Assembly: GCA_963768865.1 (NCBI GenBank)
Contig: CAVYJL010000002.1
Coordinates: 258,567-322,566, forward strand
Length of the DNA: 64,000 bases
Reading direction: 5' to 3'
DNA from: an uncultured Coriobacteriia bacterium
GTDB lineage: Bacteria; Actinomycetota; Coriobacteriia; Anaerosomatales; CAVYJL01
Part shown: positions 1 through 13,768 of the stretch, in pieces
Position numbering within the stretch: position 1 is the stretch's first letter
Layout of the letters: every line of letters starts with the position of its first letter
Notes under the pieces: generated by a model
Told to the model about the DNA's origin: nothing
Seen by the model: the letters and a program-made list of their open reading frames with translations, nothing else
Databases searched by the model: none
Program-made: the position numbers and the translations under genes

Positions 1-521
1 CGACCAACGTCATCTCCATCACCGACGGCCAGATCTTCCTGCAGACCGACCTGTTCTATCAGGGCGTCCGCCCCGCCATCAACGTCGGCATCTCGGTATC
101 CCGAGTCGGTGGTGACGCGCAGATCAAGGCGATGAAGCAGGTCGCGGGCTCGCTGCGACTGGACTTGGCCAACTACCGCTCCTTGGCGGCGTTCGCCCAG
201 TTCGGCTCGGACTTGGACAAGGCCACGCAGGCCACCCTCGCCCGCGGCGCGCGCATGGTCGAGCTGCTCAAGCAGGGCCGCTACGTGCCCATGCCCGTCG
301 CCGATCAGGTCGTCGCGATCTTCGCCGGCACCAAGGGCTACCTCGACGGCATCGAGGTCGCCCAGGTCCAGCCGTTCCGCGATCAACTCATCGAGCTCGT
401 GAACAGCGCGTACCCGGACATCGCCAAAGCCATCGTCGAGGAAGGCAAGATCTCCGACGAGACCGAGGCCAAGCTCAAGGGTGTCCTCGACGACTTCACC
501 GCCCGGTTCTCCGCGGAGTAG
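1..521 (+). CDS. atpA: F-type ATP synthase subunit alpha, C-terminal ~173 aa (5' end outside window)
   Basis: Frame open from nt 3: [37 protein letters not shown]...[28 protein letters not shown]. Followed by gamma, beta and epsilon in canonical order. TAG stop. Confidence 0.95.
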   Translation, partial: TNVISITDGQIFLQTDLFYQGVRPAINVGISVSRVGGDAQIKAMKQVAGSLRLDLANYRSLAAFAQFGSDLDKATQATLARGARMVELLKQGRYVPMPVADQVVAIFAGTKGYLDGIEVAQVQPFRDQLIELVNSAYPDIAKAIVEEGKISDETEAKLKGVLDDFTARFSAE

Positions 522-533
522 GGAAGAGCACGC

Positions 534-2874
<2,341 letters not shown>

Positions 2875-2898
2875 TCCCGGCACGGGAGCATCGCCCAC

Positions 2899-3330
2899 AT
2901 GGCCAGAACACTTGTCGTAGAGATAGTCACGCCGGAGAAGATCCTCTACTCCAACGAGGTGGAGTTCTTCGTCGCCCCCACTACGGGTGGCGAGGTGGGC
3001 ATCATGCCGCTGCATGCGCCGCTGGTTGCCACGTTGGAGCCTGGCGAGGTGCGCGTGCGACGCGGCGAGTCCGAGCATGACTGGGAGTGGTTCGCCGTGT
3101 CCGGCGGCTACCTGCAGGTGCACGAGGACAAGGTGATCGTGCTCGCCAGCGACGCGGTCATCTCGTCACAGATAGACCCCGACCGTGCCAAGAAGGCCGC
3201 GGACACCGTCCGTGAGCGTCTGGCGGCCCTCAAGGCCTCCGGCAAGGAGGACGAGACGCTCCAGGCCACGCTCGAGAGCGACCTTCACTGGTACGAGACC
3301 CAAGTGGAGTTGGCGGCCCGCAAGCGTTAG
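2899..3330 (+). CDS. atpC: F-type ATP synthase subunit epsilon
   Basis: 143 aa. Position after atpD. N-terminal beta-sandwich-like sequence (LVVEIVTPEKILYSNEVEFFVAPTTGGEVGIMPLHAPLV). Confidence 0.9.
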   Translation: MARTLVVEIVTPEKILYSNEVEFFVAPTTGGEVGIMPLHAPLVATLEPGEVRVRRGESEHDWEWFAVSGGYLQVHEDKVIVLASDAVISSQIDPDRAKKAADTVRERLAALKASGKEDETLQATLESDLHWYETQVELAARKR

Positions 3331-3353
3331 CGCTGGCGTGCCGTGATTCGCCG

Positions 3354-3381
3354 GGGGCGGCCGACGAGAGTCGGCCGCCCC
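3354..3381 (+). terminator. GC-rich hairpin closing the atp operon
   Basis: ggggcggccgac-gaga-gtcggccgcccc: perfect 12-bp stem with a 4-nt loop, 24 nt after the atpC stop. Weak U tail (tgctgcgtt). Confidence 0.6.
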
Positions 3382-3521
3382 TGCTGCGTTCATGGCTGCC
3401 GGCGAGCGCCGCTTCCGACCGTTCAGCCCGCCGGGCGCGCCTCGCACGCGGTCCGCGTGTCAGGCCGCCACGTATACTCATATGAGTCGCTTGGAGGGGG
3501 CTCACCGATCGGGGAGGAAGG

Positions 3522-4643
3522 GTGCCTGTGTCACGTCGCGCCAAACAGTGGGGCCGGCTCGCGCTCGGTCTCGTCGTCGCGCTCGCTGCGGGCGGGTCTC
3601 CAGCGGCGGCCGTGGCCCAGTCCGCGCAGACCACGACTGCCGTGGCCGCGGGCAGCACCGTGGCCACCACCGCGAGCGCCCTCATGCTGCCGCGTCCCGC
3701 CTCATCGGGCGCCACCGCGACCACGCTGCCTCCGGGGCCGGGGTTCAAGCCCCCGGGCCTTCCGTGGATCGTCTACAACGACGACCACATCGACGTGACC
3801 GGCTTCATGCGGGGAACCTCGCACAAGCCCGGCTTCGGTGACGCCCGCCTCGAGCTGTGGGTGGCGAGCAGGACGGCCAAGGGGGGCTGGTGGCTCGAGA
3901 AGTCGCTGCCCATGGATGCGTTCGCGGCCCCCGGCGGGCTGCAGCTCAAGATCCGCCTCGCCTCGTTGCCTCGCGGCAGATGGCGCGCCCGCACGGTGCA
4001 TTGGCGCGACGCCGGCGGCACGTTCACTGCGTCGGGCTGGACTTACACGCGCTCGGTCCCGCGCAACATCGTGGCGCTCACGTTCGACGACGGGCCCAGC
4101 CCGGGCAACACCGACGACGTGGTCGCGGCGCTGGCCCGCAACGGCGACGTGCGAGCGACGTTCTTCATGCTGGGCGGTATGGCCGAGTCCCACCCGTCCA
4201 CCGCCAAGACGGTGCTCGCGTACCACCACCAGCTCGGGAACCACAGTCAGGATCACGCGGCCTTGGGCGGGGCGTCGGCCGCGACCATCCGTTGGGAGAT
4301 CGAGACCGCGCAGTCGTGGATCGGCTGGGCCACCGGCGTGAGGCCCACATGGTTCCGTCCGCCGTACGGCTCCACGAGCTCCACGGTGCGCGCGGTGACC
4401 GCGGACGAGGGCCTCAAGCACGTCACGTGGGATGTGGACCCCCAGGACTGGAGGGGCGCCGGTGCGGCCACGACGGCGAGCCGCGTGCTGTCGGCGGTGC
4501 GGCCGCGCGCAATCGTGCTCATGCACGACGGGCCCGCGAGGCGCATAGGCACGGCCTCGGCGGTGGACAGGATCGTCCCGGCGCTGCGCGACCGCGGCTA
4601 CGACTTCGTGACGCTGGATGAGCTGGCCTACCTGCAACGATGA
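3522..4643 (+). CDS. Secreted polysaccharide deacetylase (NodB/CE4 domain) with an N-terminal extra domain
   Basis: GTG start after ggggaggaag. Signal-like N-terminus (RLALGLVVALAAGGSPAAAVAQS). NodB motifs VALTFDDGP, GNHSQDH, WFRPPYG, IVLMHD. Confidence 0.85.
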   Translation: MPVSRRAKQWGRLALGLVVALAAGGSPAAAVAQSAQTTTAVAAGSTVATTASALMLPRPASSGATATTLPPGPGFKPPGLPWIVYNDDHIDVTGFMRGTSHKPGFGDARLELWVASRTAKGGWWLEKSLPMDAFAAPGGLQLKIRLASLPRGRWRARTVHWRDAGGTFTASGWTYTRSVPRNIVALTFDDGPSPGNTDDVVAALARNGDVRATFFMLGGMAESHPSTAKTVLAYHHQLGNHSQDHAALGGASAATIRWEIETAQSWIGWATGVRPTWFRPPYGSTSSTVRAVTADEGLKHVTWDVDPQDWRGAGAATTASRVLSAVRPRAIVLMHDGPARRIGTASAVDRIVPALRDRGYDFVTLDELAYLQR

Positions 4644-4852
4644 CGGAAGCAGGGCATGCGGCCGAGACGCCCGCGTGCCCGGCCCGGCGGCCTCGCCGGC
4701 GGAAAGGCGGGCGGCGTAGCGGAGGCGCCGGGCAGCAACGCGGCGTTCACGGTGTGGCCTGTCGGCTTGCCGTGAGCCTGCGGGGACACTAACCTCGTCA
4801 GGCCCGCCGCCCGGCGGGTCGGGGGATTCGGCAAGGAGATCTCGTACTGGTT

Positions 4853-6107
<1,255 letters not shown>

Positions 6108-6160
6108 CACGCCGAGGCCCGCCCGGGCCGGCGGCGCGACCGACGCAAGGGGGAGGGCAC

Positions 6161-6583
6161 ATGCCCGACATCGACGAGATCATGGCGACTATCCCGCATC
6201 GCTACCCGTTCCTGCTCGTGGACCGGATCTTGGAGCACGAGCCCGGGGTGAGCGCGGTGGGCATCAAGAACGTCACCATGAACGAGTGGTTCTTCCAGGG
6301 GCACTTCCCCGAGTTCCCGGTCATGCCCGGAGTGCTCATCATCGAGGCGCTGGCTCAGGTGGGCGCGTTCGCGCTGCTCAGCCAGGAGGAATACGCCGGC
6401 AAGCTGGCGTTCTTCGGCGGATTGACAAGGTGCGCTTCAAGCGGCAGGTCCGGCCCGGTGACGACGCTCAGGCTCGAATGTGAGATCTCGCGCATGCGGG
6501 CGGGAGTGGGCTTCGGCAACGCGAAGGCCACCGTGGATGGCGAGCTCGTGTGCTCGGGCGAGCTCATGTTCGCCGTCCGCTGA
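6161..6583 (+). CDS. fabZ: 3-hydroxyacyl-ACP dehydratase FabZ, two compensating frame breaks (~6420 and ~6457)
   Basis: [66 protein letters not shown]. The stretch [14 protein letters not shown] is only readable in the neighbouring frame (ORF 6037-6483), then the sequence returns to [38 protein letters not shown]. Confidence 0.92.
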   Translation: MPDIDEIMATIPHRYPFLLVDRILEHEPGVSAVGIKNVTMNEWFFQGHFPEFPVMPGVLIIEALAQVGAFALLSQEEYAGKLAFFGGLTRCASSGRSGPVTTLRLECEISRMRAGVGFGNAKATVDGELVCSGELMFAVR

Positions 6584-6938
6584 CGCTCGATGCGCATCCG
6601 ACCGGCCGCGTCGGACGATCTGGGAGGCTCGTCTACGAGACCCTCGGCTTCAGGTCCACGAGCGAGATGGCGCTCGTGCTGGACGACGAGCTCCTCCCCG
6701 CCGACGCGCCGCCCGCGTGCGACGCCCGATGGACTTCGCTCTCTTGCGGCCTGATCCCCCAGCTCACAGGCTCCGTGCCGAGGTGCCGTGAGCTTCACTT
6801 AACGGCTCTGCGACGCCCCTGCCGAGGGGCGGTCGTTACGGTACGATAGCTGGGTTCCCGGGGGGTCCTCGCAAAGCGGCGGGTCGTCCGGCTGCCGTTT
6901 CGCACGAGCCGGCCTCGAGCCGGTCCGAGGAGGATTCA

Positions 6939-8235
6939 ATGACACTAGTGGATCGCTTCGCCGACGGGTCGGCGGTGCTGTCCGTCGTGGGCCTGGGCTA
7001 CGTGGGCCTGCCGCTGGTCGTGGAGATGGCCAAGGCGGGCCATCGCGTGATCGGCGTCGACGTCTCGGCCGAGAAGGTGGATCTGTCAACAGCGGCGAGA
7101 GCTACATCCCCGACGTCCCGTCGCCGAGAGCTGGCCCCGCTGGTCAACGCGGGCCTGGTGATCGGCCACTACCGACTTCTCGGCCGTGAGCGAGGCCGAC
7201 GCCGTCGTGATCTGCGTGCCCACGCCGCTGGACGAGTACAAGCAGCCGGACACGAGTTTCATGGAGGCCGCGGCCTCGGCAGTGGCTCCGTACCTGCACG
7301 AGGGGATGCTCGTGACGCTCGAGTCCACGACGTACCCCGGCACCACCGAGGAGGTCGTCCAGCCCATCCTGGAGGCGGGCGGTCTCAAGGTGGGCTCCGA
7401 CGTGTACCTGGCGTTCTCGCCCGAGCGCGTGGACCCGGGCAACCCGGTCTTCCAGACGTTCAACACCCCCAAGGTCGTCGGCGGCGTCACGCCGGCTTGC
7501 ACGGAGGCGGCGGTGGCCATGTACGGCCGCTTCCTCGAGACCATCGTGCCGGTGTCGTCGACGCGCGCCGCCGAGATGACCAAGCTGCTCGAGAACATCT
7601 TCCGCTGCGTGAACATCGCGCTCATGAACGAGCTCGTGCAGGTGTCCGAGCGCATGGACATCAACCTGTGGGAGGTCATCGAGGCCGCCAAGACCAAGCC
7701 CTTCGGCTACATGCCGTTCTATCCGGGGCCGGGCCTGGGCGGGCACTGCATCCCCATCGACCCGTACTACCTGTCGTGGAAGGCGCGCGAGTTCGACTTC
7801 CACACCGAGTTCATCGAGCTGTCCGGCAAGGTCAACGAGCAGATGCCGTACTACGTGGTGAAGCGCCTGATGGAGGCGCTCAACACGCATCGCAAGTCGC
7901 TCGCGGGCAGCCGCGTGCTCATGCTGGGCGTGGCCTACAAGGCCGATATCGACGACATGCGCGAGTCCCCGGCGATCCGCATCGCCGAGCTGCTCGCGCG
8001 CGACGAGGCCGAGCTCTCGTACAGCGACCCGTACGTGCCGGAGTTCAAGGCGGACGGCGTCGATCTCAAGAGCGTCGAGCTCACCCCTGAGCTGCTCGAG
8101 AGCGTGGACGCGGTGCTCATCGTCACCGACCACCGCAGCGTCAACTACGACCTCGTCGTGCAGTACGCGCCGCTGATCCTGGACACGCGCAACGCGCTCC
8201 ATTCCTTTGACAGCAACAAGGTCGTGCGTCTCTAG
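6939..8235 (+). pseudogene. Nucleotide-sugar dehydrogenase (UDP-glucose/GDP-mannose dehydrogenase family, WbpA-type candidate), 3 frame breaks (~7086, ~7127, ~7160)
   Basis: VVGLGYVGLPLVVEMAKAGHRVIGVDVSAEKVDL / VNSGESYIPDVPSP / ELAPLVNAGL / SATTDFSAVSEADAVVICVPTPL...GGHCIPIDPYYLSWKA, read across three frames. Confidence 0.85.
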
Positions 8236-8288
8236 CGCACGCACAGGCCGCCTCGGCGGCGACCCGCATCGAATCCCGCTTTTCGGAG

Positions 8289-9318
8289 GTGCCCGTGAGC
8301 AAGCCCGTGAAGGTCGGCGTCGTAGGCTTCGGCTACTGGGGCCCCAACCTCGTCCGCAACCTGGATCGGGCGGCCGACGCCGAGATCGTGGCCGCCTGCG
8401 ACCTGTCGCAGGACAACCTGTCCAAGCTCAGTTCGCTGTATCCCTACGTGGAGACGTGCGCCGACATGGGCGGGTTCCTGAGCGACTACGACCTGGACGC
8501 CGTGGTCATCGCGACCTCGGCACCGAGTCACTTCGCGCTCGCGAAGGCCGCGCTCGAGGCCGGCAAGCACGTTTACGTGGAGAAGCCGCTCACGCTCACG
8601 AGCACCGACGCCGAGGAGCTCGTGCGCCTGGCCGACGCCAAGGGCCTCGTGCTCATGGTGGGCCACCTCATGGAGTACCACTCGGCGATCAACTGGATCC
8701 GCGACTACATCAAGTCCGGCGAGCTGGGCGACGTGCTGTACCTGTACGCGCAGCGCCTGAACCTGGGCAAGGTGCGCAAGGAGGAGAACTCCTTCTGGTC
8801 GCTCGCGCCTCACGACGTGTCCATCGTGCTCTACCTGATCGGCGAGACACCGGACCGGGTCAGCGCCAACGGAGCGGCCTATCTCAATGACGGCGTCCAG
8901 GACACCGTGTTCGCCAACCTGCACTTCCCGAGCGGCAAGATGGCCAACATCCACGTGAGCTGGCTGGACCCGCACAAGGTGCGCAAGTTCACCATCGTGG
9001 GCACCAAGAAGATGCTCGTGTTCGACGACATGGAACGCCACCGAGAAGATCTGGATCTACGACAAGGGCGTCGAGCCGGTCGAGGCCCTGGGCTACGGCG
9101 AGGACCTGCGCCTTCGCTTCGGCGACATCACGGTCCCGTTCATCAAGATGGCCGAGCCGCTCTCGCTGGAGGTCCAGCACTTCCTAGACTGCGTGGACAC
9201 CGGCACTACGCCGCGTTCCGATGGCCGCGACGGCTTGCGGGTGGTCCGTGTCCTGGAAGCCGTGGACGAGTCCATGGCCGACGGCGGGACGCCCGTCCCG
9301 ATCCGCATCGAGGTGTAG
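8289..9318 (+). CDS. Gfo/Idh/MocA-family NAD-dependent oxidoreductase (WbpB-type candidate), one frame break near 9040
   Basis: VKVGVVGFGYWGPNLVRNL...GKHVYVEKPL. After MLVFDDME it continues in the +1 frame as ATEKIWIYDKGVEPVEALGYGEDLRLRFGDITVPFIKMAEPLSLEVQHFLDCV...IRIEV to TAG 9316-9318. Alternative GTG start at 8295. Confidence 0.85.
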
Positions 9319-9631
9319 CCCTCCTGGGGCCCCACCTACCATGAAGGCAACGTATCATCGACGCCCCTCGGCACGAGTCGCCGGGGGGCGCCGGTGCGCT
9401 AGAATACCCCGAACGAACACGCACCCGACGGGGGCTCGGGCGTGGGCCCGCGAGCCCTCGGAGCCCGGATCGTGCCGCACCAACCCCCGCTGAACACCCT
9501 GGAGGTCTGACCATATGCCGCATGGAGACGGGACCGGACCGCTGGGCCAAGGCCCCGGCGTCGGCCGAGGTCACGACCACCCGGCCGGCGGCCACGAAGG
9601 TCACCACGAGGGTTGCGGGCAGGGCCGCCAC

Positions 9632-10379
9632 ATGCGCGGCCGCCACTTCGCCGAGGACGTCCAGATGGGCGAGGACCTGACCTGCGGCCGGTGGGTCGTC
9701 GTCGAATCCGGGGCGGTGCTCGGCGACGATGTCACGCTGGGCAACCATGTCACCATCTGCGCCGAGCGCCAAGCTCGGCGACGGCGTCGTGGTGGCCGAC
9801 TTCGCGATCGTGGGCAAGCGTCCCAAGCTGTCGCCGCGTTCCACGGCCAAGAAGACCGAGCTGCCGGGCGTGGTCGTGGGCTCAGGGACGAGCATCGGAA
9901 GCCACACGGTGCTCATGGCCGGTTCCACGCTCGGCGAGCGCTGCATCGTGGGCGACAACGCCGGCGTGCGCGAGCGCTGCACGATCGGCGACGACGTGGT
10001 CGTGGGCCGCGCGGTGACGGTGGAGAACGACACGACTATCGGCAGCGGCACCAAGATCCAGTCCGGCGCCTACGTCACCGCATACGTGACCATCGAGGAG
10101 GACGTCTTCATCGCCCCGATGGTCGTCACCACCAACGACAACTTCATGGGCCGCACCGAGAAGCGGTTCGGCGCTGATCAAGGGACCGACCATCCGCCGA
10201 GGCGCCCGAGTGGGCGGCGGCGTGCACATCCTGCCCGGCATCGAGATCGGCGAAGAGGCGTTCGTGGCCACGGGCGCGATCGTGACCAAGGACGTCCCGG
10301 CGCGGGCAAGCTCGTGATGGGTGCGCCGGCCAAGGTCGTTCGCGACGTGCCGGAAGACGAACTGCTCGACAACCAGTAG
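9632..10379 (+). pseudogene. Left-handed beta-helix (hexapeptide-repeat) N-acetyltransferase (WbpD-type candidate), 3 frame breaks (~9765, ~10170, ~10304)
   Basis: Hexapeptide periodicity: VVVESGAVLGDDVTLGNHVTICA / AKLGDGVVVADFAIVG...CIVGDNAGVRERCTIGDDVVVGRAVTVENDTTIGSGTKIQSGAYV / LIKGPTIRRGARVGGGVHILPGIEIGEEAFVATGAIVTKDVPAR / GKLVMGAPAKVVRDV. Confidence 0.8.
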
Positions 10380-10451
10380 CCACCCGGGCCGAGGCCCGGT
10401 TCACGCCCCGACCGCGCCACCAGGCACGAAAGACAAGGAGACCGCGCACAT

Positions 10452-11566
10452 ATGGGTATCCCGCTGCTCGACCTCAAGGCACAGTACCTCTCGCTCAAGG
10501 ACGAACTCGATGCGGTCTGGTTCGACACGATGAGCTCGGCCGGCGTTCATCGGCGGACCGCGGGTCAAGGCCCTCGAGGAAGCCGTGGCCGCGTACGTGG
10601 GCACCAAGCACTGCATCGCGTGCGCGAACGGGACCGACGCGCTGTTCCTCATCATGGACGCGCTGGGCATCCGCGAGGGTGACGAGGTCATCACGACGCC
10701 GTTCACCTTCTTCGCCACCGTCGAGTGCATCGCGCACCGCGGGCGCGACGCCGGTGTTCGTGGACATCGAGGACGGCACCTACAACATGGACGTCGCGCA
10801 GGTCGAGGCTGCGATCACCGGCAAGACCAAGGCGATCTTGCCGGTCCACATCTTCGGCCAGTGCGTGGACATGGACCCGCTCAACGAGATCGCGGCGCGT
10901 CACGGGATCCCCGTCATCGAGGACGCCTGCCAGGCGATCGGCGCCACGTACAAGGGCGCGATGGCCGGCTCGCTCGCCCAAGCGGCTGCGTTCAGCTTCT
11001 TCCCGAGCAAGAACCTCGGCGCGGCCGGCGACGGCGGCATGCATCACCACCGACGACGACGAGCTGGCCGCAGCCGTGCCGCAAGCTCGCGGCTCACGGC
11101 ACCACCAAGAAGTACTTCCACGACACCTTCGGCGCAGAACAGCCGGCTCGACTCGCTGCAGGCGGGCATCCTGTCGGTGAAGCTGCCGCACCTGGACACG
11201 TGGAACAACGAGCGCCGCGCGGCTGCGGCCGTCTACGGCGAGCTGCTCGCCGACACCCCCGATCTCGTGCTGCCCAAGGTCCGAGACTACGGCGACGCCG
11301 TGTACCACCTGTACATCGTGAAGTCGCCCAAGGCCGGAGGCCGTCATGGAGGCGCTCAAGCGTGGCGGGCATCGGCACGGCGCTCTACTACCCGCTGGCG
11401 CTGCACGAGCAGGAGGTCTTCACCAAGGACCCGGCGTACGTGGAGCCGTCGCTCCCCGTCGCCGAGTCTTGCGACGGCGCGCACGTTCGCGCTGCCCTGC
11501 TTCCCCGGCATCACGCGGGGACAGCAGGAGGAGGTCGTCCGGGTCGTCAAGGAGGCGTTGGCCTAG
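10452..11566 (+). pseudogene. DegT/DnrJ/EryC1-family PLP-dependent sugar aminotransferase (WbpE-type candidate), 8 frame breaks, all +1
   Basis: The homologous sequence is recoverable only by hopping through nine segments: MGIPLLDLKAQYLSLKDELD / FIGGPRVKALEEAVAAYVGTKHCIACANGTDAL / ATPVFVDIEDGTYNMD...FSFFPSKNLGAAGDGGM / ITTDDDELAAAV / KLAAHGTTKKYFHDTFG / QNSRLDSLQAGILSVKL / MEALKRGG / IGTALYYPLALHEQEVF / RTFALPCFPGITRGQQEEV. Confidence 0.85.
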
Positions 11567-11639
11567 GCGGGGACCGGCGCTGTCGGCCGCGCGGAGGCAC
11601 TCGCTCGACGCGGCCGCACCCGAACCCCACGGGCCGCTC

Positions 11640-12730
11640 ATGAAGGTCATCTCGGTCGTCGGGGCGCGACCCCAGTTCATCAAGGCGGCTCCCGTGTGCC
11701 GCGCCCTGCGCGAGCACCACGAGGAGATACTGGTCCACTCGGGTCAGCACTACGACTACGCGATGTCCGACGTCTTCTTCGCCGAGCTCGGCATCCCCAA
11801 GCCCGACTTCAACCTCGCGGTGGGCTCCGGCAGTCCACGGCAAGATGACCGGCGAGATGCTCGGCCTGCTCGAGGAGCTCTACCTCGAGCAGAAGCCGGA
11901 CTGCGTGCTCGTCTACGGCGACACCAACACCACGCTGGCGGGGGCGCTGGCCGCCGCCAAGCTCGCCATCCCGGTCGCGCACGTCGAGGCCGGCCTGCGG
12001 TCGTTCGTGCGCGACATGCCCGAGGAGATCAACCGGGTCGCTCACCGACCACGTGAGCACCGTCCTGTGCTGCCCCACCGACGCCGCCGTGGCGCAACCT
12101 CGCGGCCGAGGGCATCACCGCCGGCGTCGCGCTCGTGGGCGACTGCATGCTCGACACCGCGCGCTTCTTCGCCGAGCGCGAGGACCCCGCGCCGGTGCTG
12201 GCCAAGTACGAGGTCGAGCCGAGGGGCTACTTCCTGGCCACGCTGCACCGCGCCGCCAACAGCGACGACGCCGACCGCCTCGCGTGCGTCATCGCCGCGT
12301 TCGCTCGCCTCGACCGGCCGGTCGTGTGGCCCGTGCATCCGCGCACGAGGGCGAACCTGGAGAGGTTCGGGCTCGCCGGGCACGCTGCATCGCAGCCGCC
12401 AACATACGCGCGGTCGAGCCGTTGCCGTACATGGAGACCGTGGCGCTGCTGTCGCAGGCGTCGGGCCTGCTCACCGACTCGGGCGGCATGCAGAAGGAGG
12501 CGTACTTCTTCGAAGTGCCGTGCGTGACGCTGCGCGACGAGACCGAGTGGGTGGAGACGGTGGACCTGGGCTGGAACACGCTGGCGGGCACGGACGAGGA
12601 GGCGATCGTGGCCGCCGCGGTAGCCGCCGCCGGCACGGACCGCCCGCCCACTCACCCGGACGTCTACGGAGACGGCCACGCAGCCGAGCACATCGTCGCC
12701 GCGCTCGAGGCGCGCCTGGGGGACCGGTAG
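11640..12730 (+). pseudogene. UDP-N-acetylglucosamine 2-epimerase family, non-hydrolysing (WbpI/WecB-type candidate), ~5 frame breaks
   Basis: [23 protein letters not shown]...[15 protein letters not shown] / [56 protein letters not shown] / [13 protein letters not shown] / [20 protein letters not shown] / [45 protein letters not shown]. Confidence 0.85.
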
Positions 12731-12764
12731 CCCGTGGCCGGCGACCAAGCCCAGGAGGCTCTGG

Positions 12765-13766
12765 GTGGACATGACCAACTCGCCGCACGTTCTCGTGCTG
12801 CGGCCCATCATGGAGGAGTTCGAGCGCCGGGGCTGGGACGTCACGGTCACGGCGCGGGACTTCGCGCAGACGCTGCCGCTGCTCGAAGCGCACGGGATCC
12901 CGTACACGCTCATCGGCAAGCATCGCGGCAGGCGCCATGGCCGCCAAGGCCTGGGGCATGGCGTCGCGCACCTCGCAGATGATCGCCTTCGGGGCGGGCA
13001 AGGGCTTCAGCCTCGCACTCTCGCACGCGAGCAACGACCTGCCGGTCGCCGCCCGCGTGCTGGGAATCCCGCACGTCACGATGTTCGACTACGAGCACGC
13101 CAAGCTCAGCCACAGCATCAACGTGCGGTTCTCGACGCTCGGCGCTCGTGCCCGACGCCATCCCGGAGGAGGCGCTGTACCGCTACGGCGGCAAGGGCAA
13201 GACCGAGCGCTACCCGGGTCTGAAAGAGGAGTACTACCTGGCCGACTTCGAGCCCGACCCCACGGTGCTCGAGACAACTGGGATTGGACCAAGGCAAAGT
13301 CCTGGTAACCGTTCGGACCCCGCCGAGCATGGCCGCTTATCATCGTATGGAGAACCCGGTGTTCACCGAGTTGCTCGAGCGCATCGGCGGCGATCCGCAG
13401 GTCCAGGCAGTCGTGCTCCTGCGCACTCCCGACCAGAAAGCGCTGGTAGATGCGGTGGGAGCCGACAATCTGATCGTGCCGGCGACCGTGGTGGACGCCC
13501 CGAGCCTGGTCCACTACTCCGACGTCGTGATAACGGGTGGCGGTACCATGGTCCGTGAGGCCGTAGCGCTGGGGACCCCGGCTTGGACGGTCTTCCAGGG
13601 CACGATGGGAGCTGTGGACCGTAGATTGCTTGAAGAGGGTCGCCTGTTCAGGCTCGAGAAGGCCCAGGACGTAGTACTCGAGAAGAAGCATGCCGAGGCG
13701 GGACGTGTGCGCCGGGACGTGAGCGACCTGGTGGACCGCATCGAAGCCGTGGCGAAGCGAGGATAG
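12765..13766 (+). pseudogene. DUF354-like protein (GT-B/epimerase-like fold family, function unknown), 3 frame breaks (~12930, ~13140, ~13275)
   Basis: Four segments in successive +1 frames: SPHVLVLRPIMEEFERRGWDVTVTARDFAQTLPLLEAHGIPYTLIGKH / AKAWGMASRTSQMIAFGAGKGFSLALSHASNDLPVAARVLGIPHVTMFDYEHA / VPDAIPEEALYRYGGKGKTERYPGLKEEYYLADFEPD / VLVTVRTPPSMAAYH...VVITGGGTMVREAVALGTPA. The family call is from memory of DUF354 sequences. Confidence 0.6.
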
Positions 13767-13768
13767 GA

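Noticed and set aside
6550-6849. 99-aa ORF in the 355-nt fabZ/dehydrogenase spacer, with a faint VOC-like RLVYETLGF motif.
   Set aside because: Too short and too weak. It has no start context or supporting domain features, so it is probably non-coding or a degraded remnant.
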